The translations under genes were made by a program, and so were the position numbers. A stretch of DNA of 64,000 nt, taken from NCBI RefSeq assembly GCF_009914755.1, contig NC_060937.1. One strand, 5' to 3'. This document shows positions 28,821 to 43,560 of this stretch, in pieces. Position 1 is the first letter of the stretch; every line of letters starts with the position of its first letter. The notes beneath the pieces were generated by a model. The model did no database searches, had not been told where the DNA came from, and saw only the letters and a list, made by a program, of their open reading frames with translations. Source of the DNA: the human T2T-CHM13v2.0 reference genome, Homo sapiens.

Positions 28821-30819
28821 ATATCATTAGGAGAAATACCTAATGTAGATGGCGGGTTGATGGGTGCAGCAAACCACCATGGCACACGTATACCTATGTA
28901 ACAAACCTGCACGTTCTGCACATGTATCCTAGAACTTAAAGTATAATTAAAAAGTAACAAATAAAGAAAAAGAAAACCTTGAATTTTACCAGTGAGATCC
29001 CACTTCTAACAGTCCTCATACTAGTCAACAGAGCAATATTTCTTACCAATAAAAAACCATTTCTGACATCCAGTATACAAATTAACACAGTGTAGGTTGA
29101 TGAAAATTTGTCTACCAGAAATATATATAGTAGCTGCCTCTGAAGAGTGTCATTTTCCAATGTAATGACATCTGATTTCCCCCGGATCACGCACTCTTGA
29201 GTAAAACAATCAATTGCGTGTGGAGTTAAAGCTGTACTTTACTGGCACATTTAGAAGCTTTCACTCTCTAAGATGAAGTATTTAAGGTATATTTCAGGTT
29301 TTGTGACAAAGTGGAATATCCTGACCTTGAGTCAAGTCTCCTGGACTCCATTCATCTAGGCCATGCCTTGTTCCATTCTTTTGTTTCCATAATGGTTGAA
29401 CAGTTCTTACTGGTTTACCTTGGTCTATGGTTTCTTTTCCTAAGGTCAGAGCATGGCCTCCCTTAGAACACAATCCTAGAAAAGTCATCTTCAACCTCCT
29501 AGATATTTTACCCAGTTGGTAATTTACCACTAGGAACTAACATAGGCTTTTAGAAGTGGGATGTTACAATTGCTGCACTTTTATTAAGCAGCTAATTAAA
29601 TTATTTTCATCATGGTCCATGTCAGCAACTTTTTGCTCGTAATGTAGAACCATAAGCAGGCAAAATAGCAAAAGCAGAATACAGTGGCCACAGTCTAAAA
29701 GGTCTAAAAGGAACTGGCTACATCATTAGAGTCCAAGTGGTCCCTTATCTATTTCCACATAAGTATCAAATTATAGCCCAATGTCCTTGGACTTTGACCT
29801 GCCATGCTGAAGCAAGTATCTCTACTGTAGACTAACTGATGTTGAATTATACAACTTGAGATTTACTCCTGCAACTTAAACTCTTGCCACGTCTTGAAAT
29901 GCAAATACCCCCAAAGAATAATATTTGATATTAAGCAATAGACCAATGGGGGAGATAGATTTTATGGAGGATAGGGATTTGGACAGAGACCTGTCCCTTT
30001 GCCCTTCAAATCAAACTTTGTATTTACCTGTTTCTTCCTCTTACTTGTAAGATTTGCATTGATAAGAAACAGAACTAAATCCTCTTACTCTGGCACATCC
30101 AAATAACCTTGTGATAAGAGATCAAAAGGAGTTCAGGTGGATTTGTACTCCACATGTATAATATTTGCCTTGTCTGATTTGTCATTTTGTGCAAACATTG
30201 GCTGTTACTTTTATGGCTAGTAGAAGGGCTGAAGCCAAAGCTCTGGCAGAGAGTAAATAAGATATTCCACAGTGACGAAAGAAGACATTAAAAGCTCATA
30301 AGGAAGAGAACTGCTGCATGTGGAGCCCATTCTTGTGATTTACAGTGTTAATGCTCGTTGCTTACAGCCCCTCCCTGTCACTGGAAGCTGACCCTTCTTG
30401 AAATGGAAAAATTGTGATAGTTTTATCAGCCTTATTTGGGATCTGTTGTGTGTGAAAGTGCGCATTTGAAAGAAAGAAGACTGGGAAAATGGCATTTCTG
30501 AATCACTGTGCTCAGCAGTTTTTCTGCACGTGCCCCCATGCCCCTTGCCTTATAGGTAACCACAGGCAGAGCCTGGGGGATTGGAAGGACCAACTCAGAT
30601 GCCTCACCCAGATTCAGACTCTATGCCATGCTTGCTCCACAACTACCATGTAAGAGACCTATCCACTCACCATAATCCGCCCTGGGGCTCTAACTTGTTT
30701 TGTCTAACCATTAAGTTTAAGTGTGGGAGGGGTCCCTCCTCCCCATCCTGCAGAAGTCCAAGGGATTCTGGAAATGGGCGTGTGTGGTCAGGGTATTTGG
30801 GCGCTCTGTGGGAGAAGAT

Positions 30820-31022
30820 AATAATTGCAATAGCAGCTGACACAGATAATAATGCTCCAGGCACTAGGTTAGGAAATTTCCATGTATGAATTCCTTTATT
30901 CATACAATAATCCCACAAGGTAGACACAATTTTAGAAGAAGAAACAGAACATAGATGGGCAAAGCTAGGAACTGAGTGGCAGAGAGAAGATTCAAACCCA
31001 TGCAGTCTGGCTTCAGAGTCTG
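30820..31022 (-). mobile_element. MIR SINE
   Basis: CCAGGCACT...GTGGCAGAGAGAAGATTCAAACCCATGCAGTCTGGCTTCAGAGTC. Confidence 0.7.
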
Positions 31023-31353
31023 CGGTGAATCAAAGCCTGATGGCATTGGTAGCTTGTTGCCCTCCGCCTGCAAACTCAGCTGCCATCTCTTAGTGCAATG
31101 CTTAGTTAGGTGACGGCGGGGTGAGTTACTGATGAGGACTGACTCAGAAGTTGCTGGGAACTTGAGCAAGGCCCCTGCAGCTTTGGGGGTAGTAGTAGCC
31201 CCAAGTGTGGACCACTTTTCTGTCTGGAGGGCAAGTTTCCTATCACTCCTTCTCACTTTAAGCTTCCTACCCTCCCCCATATCATCATTTAATATTAAAA
31301 CCCTTATTTCCCTTTCCAGGTTTCATAAAGGGGACAGGAGAAAAAGCAGCCCC

Positions 31354-32200
<847 letters not shown>

Positions 32201-32932
32201 AACAAAACAAACAAAACAAAACACCTTGAATGAAGAGCCTCAACAGCCATTAAAACTAAAACCCAAGTCGCCTGGAAGAAAAAGTACACCCATTTATGAA
32301 GACAAGATACCCAGTTCCCACTTCTCTTGAGGGCTGGGATGGTCAGTCTGCAGAAGCATAGTTGCAGGGTCTCCCCTTCCCATCCGCCGTCCATCACAAT
32401 GAGATGCTTGAATTCTACGCAATATGAAGAAGCCCAAAACCAACTTAATTTTCAAAAGTAAGTGGAATATTAATATCCCTGCTGCTGCAGTCTGGAAGCA
32501 CTGAGGTCTGAACTGCTCATTCACATATATCTAAGCTGCATAGAAATGCTGCTTAAATCCAGTGTCGCCCTCTGTTCCATTGCCTCTGTTTAGTTGCTTA
32601 GTTTAGTTGGGAAACTCGTCCCCTCTCTCCTAAATTATTATAATAATTTACTACTGACTCTCCATCTATCCAGCCGTAATCCCCTCCAAGTAAGCTTCCT
32701 GATTTGGTCCAAGAGATTTTTCTGAAGCAGTTAGGTTACCCATGTTGCTCTATTGACTAAAACCTTTCATGGGGTGACTGTCCTTTCTGCCTTCAGGCAA
32801 AACCCCAAAAGCAGAATCAGAAGTGCCTCACAAGCTGCAACCCAATCACCTTTCCAGGTGCACCTCTCAGATTTATCCTAGCACAATTCAAGACTTCAAA
32901 TAGTCCTTTTTAAAAAAATGCCACTTGCTAAT

Positions 32933-33365
32933 TGTATTCATTGGGGTTCCCTAGAGAGACAGAACTAATATGATACACATATATAAAGGGTAGTTAATGT
33001 AAAGGATAGGTAATTAAGTAAATACTTAATAAAGTATTAACTCACACTATCACGAGTTCCCACAATAGGCCATCTGCAAGCTGAGGAAGGAAAGCCAGTC
33101 CAAGTCCTAAAACTGAAGAACTAGGAGTCTGATGTTTGAGGGCAGGAAGCATTCAGCGCAGGAGAAAGATGGAGGCTGGGTGGCTAGGCCAGTCTAACCT
33201 CTCCATGTTTAGATGGTGCTCACGCAGCTTAAGAGTGGGTCTGCCTTTCCCAGCCCACTGACTCAAATGTTAATCTCTTAAGGCAACAGCCTCACAAACA
33301 CACCCAGGATTAATACTTTGTATCCTTCAACCCAATCAAATTGACACTCAGTATTAACCATCACA
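32933..33365 (-). mobile_element. MLT2A1/A2 (HERV-L) solo LTR
   Basis: Reverse complement starts TGTGATGGTTAATACTGAGTGTCAATTTGATTGGGTTGAAGGATACAAAGTATT; other end CTAGAGAGACAGAACTAATA. Confidence 0.9.
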
Positions 33366-34812
33366 CCAATGTACATGTGGTTGCTGCCATTTAAACTGTC
33401 CCCAACTTTGCCTCTCTCTGGAGAAAACCTTCTTCTTACCGGTACTGCTACTTGGTTCAGGTAATGACCATCAGCTGGCCCACACCAAAAACTCATGGGA
33501 AACCAAGGCAAGAGTCCAAACAGGCCTCCATACCACTTAAAACTTTTAATAGTTAGAAGTCATAAGTTATGGTAAAAATCCATTAAATAGAACATGTTTT
33601 GTCACCCTATCTGGATATATGTATTTCTTTCTATAAACAAAATAGATATATAGCTATAGCAGATACATGACTGAAAAGCAGCAAAATACCAAAGTAACTG
33701 AATTCTATTATTGTGCAAGCCTGTACATTCTGTGAACGAACCAGCAATATTTAGATTAGTAATAAACTAGAGACAATAAAGAACTCATAATTTATTTTTT
33801 CATGAAATCTATTTTTCTTGTCTGTATTTCAGCAAAATTTGCTAATTGTGCAGTTTTAATTAATATTTTCACACAATGAGCATTCTAGTTTACAAGTAAT
33901 TTTCTAACTAATTAAAAATTAAATAATTGCAGTAAAGTGTTTAAAGTTTGAATATATTTTATTGAAATGCAATTTAAATAGACATAAAAATTAAAAACAT
34001 CATTTTTGTATCTTTTCAGTTATTTTTCCTTTGAAATATTCAGAATGACTATTAAAACTAAAAGACAAAAAAAGAATTATAGTTAATATATACCGAATAT
34101 CTTTAAATAAAGCTAAAATTTTACAATACTTTAACAATTAATAACATAATTATGAACATATTTTTTAAGATAAAATTTAAGATGCTATTTAAACTAGTAT
34201 TAACAGTTCTCCTAGTTGCCCATATGAAGAATAAGCATTGACCCTCATGCATATCACATCTAGGCATATATTTATACAAATTTAACAGGAATATGACTTG
34301 TTAGTGCTTCAAAATGTCCCTCAGCCACGCATGTGCAACTGCTGCAATATCTCATGAATTCTTGAGTATCTGCGGAACCACAAATTGGAACACCAAGAGA
34401 CACAAGAAGATGAACAATTGGCACTAGTCAGAGAAAAAAAACCCACTTTGTTATTCAAGAATATTGTACTCATGCTCTTTGAAAGGAAAGATCAGCATGT
34501 TCATTCTCTCTGACTTGGCAGCAGAACAACCCACATGGCTTCCAGAGGACCCACAGGGCAAAACATGGAGAAGCATTTTCCCTGGGGCCTGCACAGTTTT
34601 GGTCTCCAAAATAGATGTTTACCATTAGGTCACTGTGCTCACCCTGAGCACTGGACCCTCAGTGATAGCAGGAACCATATATTTTAATTCAATTAACTTT
34701 TATCATGTTATGTAAAACGTAGGGCCCTATCGCCCATGTCTAACGGGGCTACTGGTGATCAGGTGAGGCAAAAATTATCCTCTAAATTATGCCAGATACT
34801 GCCTCCAGTTGA

Positions 34813-35127
<315 letters not shown>

Positions 35128-35330
35128 AGGATTTTTATTTTGATAAGAAGAATCTTCCGTGTAACATTTCTTAGGTAAATGCAAGGCAAAAAGGTAGGCA
35201 TCCATTTTCATGTGGTAAGGTTATAATAGAACATCTTGTGGGTTGGCAAAAGTTGCCTCTCTGAGACCTGTTTGAAACACGAATCTGGAATTGGTATGAA
35301 CCAAGTTGCCTAAAAACTTCAGGCTTTCTG

Positions 35331-35642
<312 letters not shown>

Positions 35643-37109
35643 TCAGGCTTTCTGGAAGGAAAAAACACTGAAACCTCACTCCCTGCTCACTGAAATTGAA
35701 AGTTAGAAGGACTTGTAAGAGTGGATTCCGGTGCCTCTAAGTAAGGTGTGCCTGCTCTAAAAGACATCAACAACCCCGCTTCTCTCCAGGAAAAAATCAT
35801 TGAAAAGAAAGGAGGATCCGGCCTAGCCAACCTCAACACAAACCCCTCAGGGGGTTTGGGAAGAGGGATGGCCTTAACCCAAGTTGGCATCTGACTCTAG
35901 AATTCCTCTGAACACCGTCGCCCTGATCCAGACAGGGGCACTGCTACGGTTGTACACTGAGATCTACACCACGCAGTCTTTTGCTCAAATGCTTCTGGGG
36001 CTGCAGGTTATTGGACTTTCCAGGACTCTCTCTCTTCCTTACATCTGGAAGCAGTATTGTCTTCTTTGGACAGAGTAGGCCCCTAAAATTCTTAGCAATA
36101 GAACTAGGAATTGAGGAGACACTAAATATTTTGCTAAGGAGGGCAAATTGTCTTGAGTGAGTTGTTGGACAAACCAAAAGGAAGAGCCTTTTGGTTGGAC
36201 AAACCAAAAGGACAAACCAAAAGGAAGAATCACTACACACTGGTGTAGTGACTGACATGACTTACATTTCCATTCAACCATGTATGTAGTAAGCATTTAG
36301 AACATCTTTTGTTTTCAGGAAGTTTAAGCTGGTGAGGGCGAACACGATTAGGAGTGTCAGGTTTTGCAAAGGGGAGTTAGATATTTAGACTTTTCTTTAT
36401 GGATTTTTAAAGTATCTCCATCTAGATTTATCAATTGTACCTAACATTTTTAAAGCATTTGACAAAGTTCTTTGTAAGTATAAACCAAGCATTGTGGTAC
36501 AGTGTGAGGAGTGTCATGATAAAAGTAAACACAGACAACCAGTGAGCATGGAGGAGGGGAGCCTTCGCTGGTTTAGAGAGGCCAGGGAAAGCTCCCTACT
36601 TAAGGTGATGCTTTTGCAGAGCCCAGTAGTTACTGGCCAGGCATGTGGTCTTGAAGGCATTCCAGGTAAGGGAAGCCACCCCCATAGGTAAAGGAAAAGA
36701 GGTCAGGTCCCTTGAGAGAAAGTCCCATAGACCAGTTTGACTTTCTTGAGAAAATTTCCAAAGCCTTCAGGCTGTGTTAATCTGGTTTTGCTTTTGAGAA
36801 GCATGTGGCATATGTGTAGGTACATTGTTCTTGGGTTATTTTCTGTGTGTCTCTGCATTAGAAGGAATGTTCTGGAGCATTCCTGAAAGCAGTGTGACGC
36901 ATGAGACTGAGAATAGGGCTTCAGTGTCAGAGAGACCTGGCACTGCCATTTATTTACCATGCCACTCAGGCAGGTGTCTGGAGGCACAAAGCAGGTGCCC
37001 AAAACCATTTTTGAATGAATAAAGACATTTGACTCCTTTGAACTTTAGTTTTCTAATGTGTAAAATAGGAATAATGCCTATGTGGCAGCAGGAACATCAG
37101 TGAGGGACT

Positions 37110-38300
37110 AATGGAATAATCTAGATAATTAATGATGGTGGCTTGGATTCAGGTGGGGGCATTAGAAATAGAGAGAAGCAGATTGATTCAGGGTGTTTTC
37201 CAGATGAAGTGCTCTCAGAACCTTCCAATGAATTAGATATGAGGAAGAAAATAAAGAAAACGGGAAGAACTTGATCTTGTTCTTAACCCTTAGTTCCAAG
37301 AATCACTTACTGATATGAGAAAGACTGGGACATATGTTGCTGAGTAAAGCTAATAGGTAATCAGTTAGATGTAAGAGTCTGGCATTTAAAAGAGCTGGAT
37401 ATTTGCAAATGTGAGACTTATTTCCCTCTAAATGATATTTAAATGGGACATGTAGAGCTACCTAGGAAGAGTATAGATTGGGAAGAGAAGGGGCCCTAGG
37501 TCATATCCCTGTGGACATTCCAACGTTTCAGTGTCATGAAGAAGCAAGATGCAGCAAGAGTCAAAAGAAGAAACTGAGATTGAGTAACTATGAAGGCATG
37601 GCCACAGCAAGTGATAGAAAAATCAGGAGAGAGTGCTATCGCAGAAGCCAATGAGAAAGAGTGTTTCAAGAGGGAATGATGTCCACCTGCATCAAATACT
37701 GCTCAGAAATCAGGTAATACAAAATATTTTGCCTTATTTTGCAAAGTGACGGTCATTGGGAACTTCACTGAGCAGTTTTAGTGGAACACTAGTGTGTAAG
37801 TGAAGATGGAAACTCTAGTAAACTCTTTCCATGATGTTTGCTTGAAGAGAGTAAAGCAGGGTAATGGATTAGTAACTATGGGGAAATGTATCAGGAGAGT
37901 TTTTTGAAGTTCTGTTTTGTATTGTATTAAAGATTGAGGGCACTTTTGTTTTGCATTGGACTGAGCTGGAACAAAGAGGGAGCTGGTGATGCAGGAGAGA
38001 GAAGGGGCACTTACATGAGTGAAGTTCTCGGGAAGGACGGAGAGGATGGTGAATATGTGGTTGATAGAAGCAGAGAGAGTTTATTCACTGAAGATGAAGG
38101 GAAGGCAAAAAGATTAGGTTCACGTTTTGTGTGTTGGTCAATTTAGTGGAGGCAAGGGGAAGAAGGACTTCTCATTTGATAGCTCCCAATTCCTCTTAGA
38201 ACTTTAAGCCAAGGTTTTCTGTTGCCAGTGAGAGGGTAAAGGGGAAAGAAGAAATTTGAGTCAAGAGAGTAATGTGTCAAAAGGTCATTTTAGAGAATGA
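37110..38300 (-). mobile_element. L2 LINE remnant
   Basis: Purine-rich antisense L2 motifs: GATGGTGGCTTGGA, CAGTTAGATGTAAGAGTCTGG, AGAAGCCAATGAGAAAGAGTGTTTCAAG, TCAAATACTGCT. Confidence 0.7.
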
Positions 38301-39549
38301 GAAACAGACTCTACTAGAGATCTATAATATGATTAGCAAGAAATATTGAAATGTCTGAACCTGTATTAAAGTGAGACAAACATAAAACTGTGTGCTTTGC
38401 TAAATCAATGTGTGGCTGCTCCGCTGCAGGAATGGAATAAGTGAGTATTTCATTTGTCCAGTGTTCGTCTTGCCCAGGCTGGTTCAGAGGAGCAAGAGAA
38501 TTAAAGGTGTTTACAAAGAAAAGGAGAACATGAGTGGGGTAACAGCTAGGGCTGAATCAATGTCTGATAAATGGATGGATGATGTAGGACAGTGAAAAAT
38601 TCAAAGTGAAAACACGTGTCATTATTGACTTACTTATCCTCTAAATACATTTTTCTTTTCTGCTGCAGTTGCTGTTGAATATGGGTAATCTACATCCTGT
38701 TGCCTGAAGCTTGAAGTTCTCATCTGCCCCCTCTCAGTATGTACTTGTGAAAGATGCAGACCTCATCTGAGTTGAAGTAACCTAGGAGACCAAAATAAAT
38801 GATTCCTGCAGAAAGCTTGAGTGACATTTTCAGAGCTGCAATCCCTGCTTCTTCTTAAAATGGCTATATACATTGTAGGTTGGGAGGGTCAGAAGGCTGA
38901 TCACGGAAATATCTCGGAGGTAGAGTGGTGTGTGGGAGTAGGCAATGAGAGAGGTAAGAGGACAAAATGTAGAGAAGGAAGCAGAATGGGCTATCACCTT
39001 CTTTTGTTTCTTCCCACTGTATGTGCCCCCAAGGAAGCCCCTCAGCTGCTCCCTTCCTTGCCCCCATGACCCACAGACGGTGGTTGAACCACAGCTCTCT
39101 CTTTCTGATAACACCCTTTGGTGTGAAACAAGTAAGACTCCAGATTCCTGTTTGCTCTAAAAATCCTGAATGGCCTTCTGTAATCATTACATTTTATTAC
39201 TCTCATTTGATTGTTTTGTTTTTTTTTTCCCCGTTAGATATTTTCTAACTGCTCTTCTGCAGACAGGACACTCGCAAATGAACACAGCAAGCACACAGGC
39301 ATCTGTGTCTCTATTCAGAAGTATCACAAGTGAAAGGATGATGCCCATTGCCTGGGGCCCTTTTTATTCCACTTAGCCTGACTACTGAACTGGCAAGTGC
39401 AGGTAACAGCTTTCTCGCAGAGTCTCTGAGCACCGTGACTGTGTAATGACAGCTGTGGTTGGAGGGCCCAAAGCTGCCTCACAAATACATTTACTGTTTC
39501 TGAGGAAATGGTATATGAATTGGGTTTTTTGAGTGTTGGAAAGAGAAGG

Positions 39550-39760
39550 CTAAAAGGTGCTTTAGTTTATAATTTTCAAGTATATGAAAGGGCGGGGTAT
39601 TTTTCCTCCTAAGGAGAATGAAAGCTTTTAATGCTTACAATGAAATATGAAGTAGTAAACTTAAAGCAGACAATCTTTCCATTGGCGTGAGAAAGCAGCT
39701 CCTAACCGTCATGCCTGTGGAAACACTCAAATGTGCTACGCAGCAGATTTGCTGGTGTCT
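39550..39760 (+). mobile_element. Possible L3/CR1 3' relic
   Basis: TTTTCAAGTATATGAAAGGG...GTGAGAAAGCAGCTCCTAAC resembles the CR1 3' region. Confidence 0.35.
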
Positions 39761-40570
39761 CTCTTAGATATAGTAAAAGTGTGCTCAATAAACTTAGTTT
39801 TTCCCCTTTCTGAGTATAGCAGGCAGGTCACACACTCTGTTAATGTTTCTCTCAGTGCCCCCTTCCAAGTGCACTTAATATTTTGGGCAACATCCAGTTA
39901 GAATTTGCATGTCTGCTCCTCTTGGAATACATGTCCACCTCTGCCCATCCAGTATCACCTACTTTCCCTCTCCTAGGAAAGGAAGAGAGGTGGAACCTGT
40001 ATTTATTAAATACCTGCCATGCACCATACCCAACAGATGAGAAAACTGAGATTCAGAGACATGAAGTCATCTGCTCAAGGCCTCTAGCCAGCCTGACTCA
40101 AATGCAAGCATCATCCAGTCTGCAGCCGCACATTTCTAAAGCCTTTATAATTCACAGCCTCTCGTTTTGCAGAGACTCTCTCTGCCTGGCCTATTTGTTC
40201 CAGCTTCATGGCAGCTTTATTTAGGTGATAATAGAAGAATCCTGCTGCTTTATGAGGTGATAATCCAAGCCTTATGTGGATAACTATTCTTTTAGGTTGA
40301 GTGGTTTATCCCTTTGATAAAAAGAGGTAGATTATTGTTCCGAAAACCCAAAGTCTTCCTTTCATTCTTGCATTAGATAAAGAAACTTACATATTTACTT
40401 TTAGCAGAGGCCTCAAAGGGAACCCCAAGCTGAGATGAGCAGACCCTCTGCCAGCAGAAGCCAGGTATCAGAAATGCTCTTCCTTCTCTGTTGGCTGAGA
40501 TTTGAGGAAGTCACCTGCAATTTTGGGGATTTTCACCTTTTTCCTTTTATTTGTACTTTTAAAGGGGTTA

Positions 40571-40684
40571 TAGGGTGAGCAACTGTCCCATTTTTCCCTG
40601 GGACTGTCCTGGTGTTAACACTGAAAGTCCTGCATCCCAGAAAACCCTTTAGTTCTGGGCAAACCAGGATGATTAGCAACCCTG
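40571..40684 (+). mobile_element. MER81 hAT-Blackjack MITE
   Basis: TAGGGTGAGCAACTGTCCC...ACACTGAAAGTCCTGCATCCCAG...GGGCAAACCAGGATG...CAACCCTG; 114 bp. Confidence 0.85.
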
Positions 40685-41020
40685 CTTAAAACCTCAGCTG
40701 GAAGAAATAATAAAAAGACAAAGTGGACAGTTAAGTGGGAACTAAAAGAGAAGTTTGTTAAAAAATAATTTACTATCTCGAGGCATTGCAGCCACTTTCA
40801 GGTTTTTCTGGTGACAGAGTGGGGTCTTTTAGGAAAACAACCTAAAAATCCATAACTGGGGACTGGCTAAATAAAATTTGAATGCTCAATCACTGGAATG
40901 TTATGCGGCCTTAAAAACTAAGAGGGCAGATGTATACATGACCATATTGAATAATTTCCAAGGTTGGAACAAAAATAATCACGTATAAATATTTTGCACA
41001 TACAATTTATGGAAAGATAC

Positions 41021-41599
41021 TGTATCAATTTTCTATTGCTGTATAACAATGTCACCTTAAACTTAGTGCTTAGAACAATGCACACTTACCTCCCACTTTC
41101 TTCGGGTTAGGGGTCTGGGCATGGCTCAGTCAGATTCTCTGCAAGGCTACCATCAAGGTGGTGGCTGGGGCTGTGTTCTCATTTGGAGTTTTGACTGGAG
41201 AAGGAGCTACTTTTTCAAACCCATGTGGTTGCTGGCAGAATCCAATATTGTGGTTGTAGGACTGAGCGCTTTCCTCTACCAGCACTGTCTGTCCGTGGGA
41301 GGCCACTCTCACCTTCTACCAGCTGCCCACAGTTTCTTGTCATGTGAAGTTTTCAGCATGGCCATTTGCTTCCTCAAAGTCAGCAAGCAAGCAAGAAACT
41401 CAAGCAAGATAGCACTACAGTCTTCATAACATAGTCACATCATCACATAATTGTCATCACATATAGCCCGCCCCCTTTCCTGTGTTCTCTTGGTCAGAAG
41501 CAAGTCATAGGTCCTGCCCTCTTCAAGGGATGAGAGAGCTCAAGGGTGGGAAACTAGAAGTCGGGGGTCATTAGGCCACCGTAAAGGTCTCTGCTACAG
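41021..41599 (-). mobile_element. MLT1F/E-type MaLR LTR
   Basis: TGTATCAATTTTCTATTGCTGTATAACAA...AAACTTAGTG...TTGCTGGCAGAATCCA...TTGGTCAGAAGCAAGTCATAGGTCCTGCCC. Confidence 0.8.
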
Positions 41600-41930
41600 T
41601 ATCTAAGAAACTGGCAGCAGTGCTTGCCTCTAAAGAGAGGGCCCAGAGCACAGAGTGGGGAGAGACTTACTTTCATTCTTTTTCACACATTAATTTTGGT
41701 TTCCTTTGCCAAGTGCATTCATTACATTTTTTATTAAAACAAAACACATACCATAAAACAAAACAACAAAACAAAAAACCTCCAGACAAACACATTTCAC
41801 TACTTAGTTAAGAAAATAAAAGACAAAGGACACAGCCTTTTTCCCCTAGGCAAATGCCATCGCAACCCTTTAACTCCAGCACTATACGTGCTCAGCACCA
41901 GCGCCTGGCCAATGCTGACAGATAACTTCA

Positions 41931-42343
<413 letters not shown>

Positions 42344-42494
42344 TTATCCTGTGAAAAGTGGTCCATTCAGTATTAAAGAGTAAACCAGAATAATGCCATT
42401 TGTGGTATAGATGAAGAGACTACAAGCATGCTGATGTTTCCTCACAGGGATGTACTAAGAAGCTGCCTGGAAAGCAAACAGCTCTGAGATCTCA

Positions 42495-42645
42495 TAAACG
42501 CCCAGCCTGGTCCATGGCCCAGCAACATTGCCATCACCTTGGAGCTTGTTAGAGAGGCAGAATTTCTATTTGCACGCTAGATTTACTGAATCAGAATTTG
42601 CATTTTTAGAAAGTTCAAACGCATGTTAAAGGTTGAGAAGTTTTC
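42495..42645. mobile_element. MER5A-type hAT MITE
   Basis: CAGCAACATTGCCATCACCTTGGAGCTTGTTAGAGAGGCAGAAT...ACTGAATCAGAATTTGCATTTT...AAAGGTTGAGAA. Confidence 0.75.
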
Positions 42646-42689
42646 TTCTAAACTACCCCATACTACTCCGTAGAGTACAATACAGACCC

Positions 42690-43560
42690 AGAAAAACTCA
42701 CCCACATTTTCACAGTAAATATCCACACAGGAATGCTTATTGCAGTATTGTTTATAAGAGCCAAAAAACAAAAAACCTGGAAAAATAAAACTAATTGAAC
42801 ATCTGTAGGGGACTAAAAAATAAACTGCAGTGTATTTACCGAAGGAACACTATAAGAAGTTAAAATTAACAAGCTACAGCTACATATATCATGGATATAT
42901 AGATAAATTAACATGTGGATAAATTTCATAAAGATAATATTTAGCTCAAGAAAAAGGGAATAAACAAAAACCCAAGTTGCAGGAAGGAATATACAATATA
43001 ATACCATTTATGTAAAGGTCAAAAATGTGGTGTATGGATACATACATAAGTAGTGAAATAAGCATGAAAAATGACAAATGCCAAGTTCAAGACAGTGGTT
43101 TCACTTGAGATGAGGAAAAGGGGAATGAGGAAAGATAAACAGAGCATTTTCAGTGTATATTTTTCATGCTAGATGGAAGGTACATAGAGGTTTATTATAT
43201 TTTCTCTACCTTTTTTGTATACTAAAAATATTTCACAATAAAAAAAATGTACAGCTTTTCTAGATGATGCCAAATTTTCCTTCAAAATATATAGATGTGT
43301 AACCTCACAAGCAGCGAGTGGGGTTCCCATAACACCATGTCCTTACCCAGTCTCAGGTAGTCAGACTTCTAATTTTTGGCTGATCTGCTAAGCAGGTGAG
43401 AAATGGCATCATATTGTTTCTTTAATCTTCCTTTCTCTCTTTTATAAGGGAGGTTGAACATGCCCTCATGAGCTTATTGACCGTCAACCTTCCTCTTCCA
43501 GGAATTGAATTTCACGCCCCTTGTGCTTTTTTTCTGTTTATTTGCTTTACCTTATTGTTT
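42690..43560. mobile_element. Old L1M fragments (sense 3'UTR piece to about 43245, then an antisense piece)
   Basis: AATGCTTATTGCAGTATTGTTTATAAGAGCCAAAA...ATACCATTTATGTAAAG; then GGTGAGAAATGGCATCATATTGTT...GAGGTTGAACAT. Confidence 0.6.

Larger units (their letters stand above)
22482..28971 (+). mobile_element. Full-length L1PA7-type LINE-1 (about 6.5 kb), inactive
   Basis: 5'UTR AAGATGGATGAATAGGAACAGCTTCAGTCTGCAGCTCCCAGC; ORF1, ORF2 and 3'UTR present; perfect 16-bp TSD GAAAACCTTGAATTTT at 22466-22481 and 28972-28987. Confidence 0.96.

Noticed and set aside
32560-32582. CTCF-like CGCCCTCTGTTCC (also CCACTAGTGGCA at about 13578)
   Set aside because: Mismatches at core positions; expected by chance in 64 kb.
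36164-36228. CRISPR-like repeat-spacer array
   Set aside because: Only three overlapping short copies without regular unique spacers, in a eukaryotic context with no cas genes.
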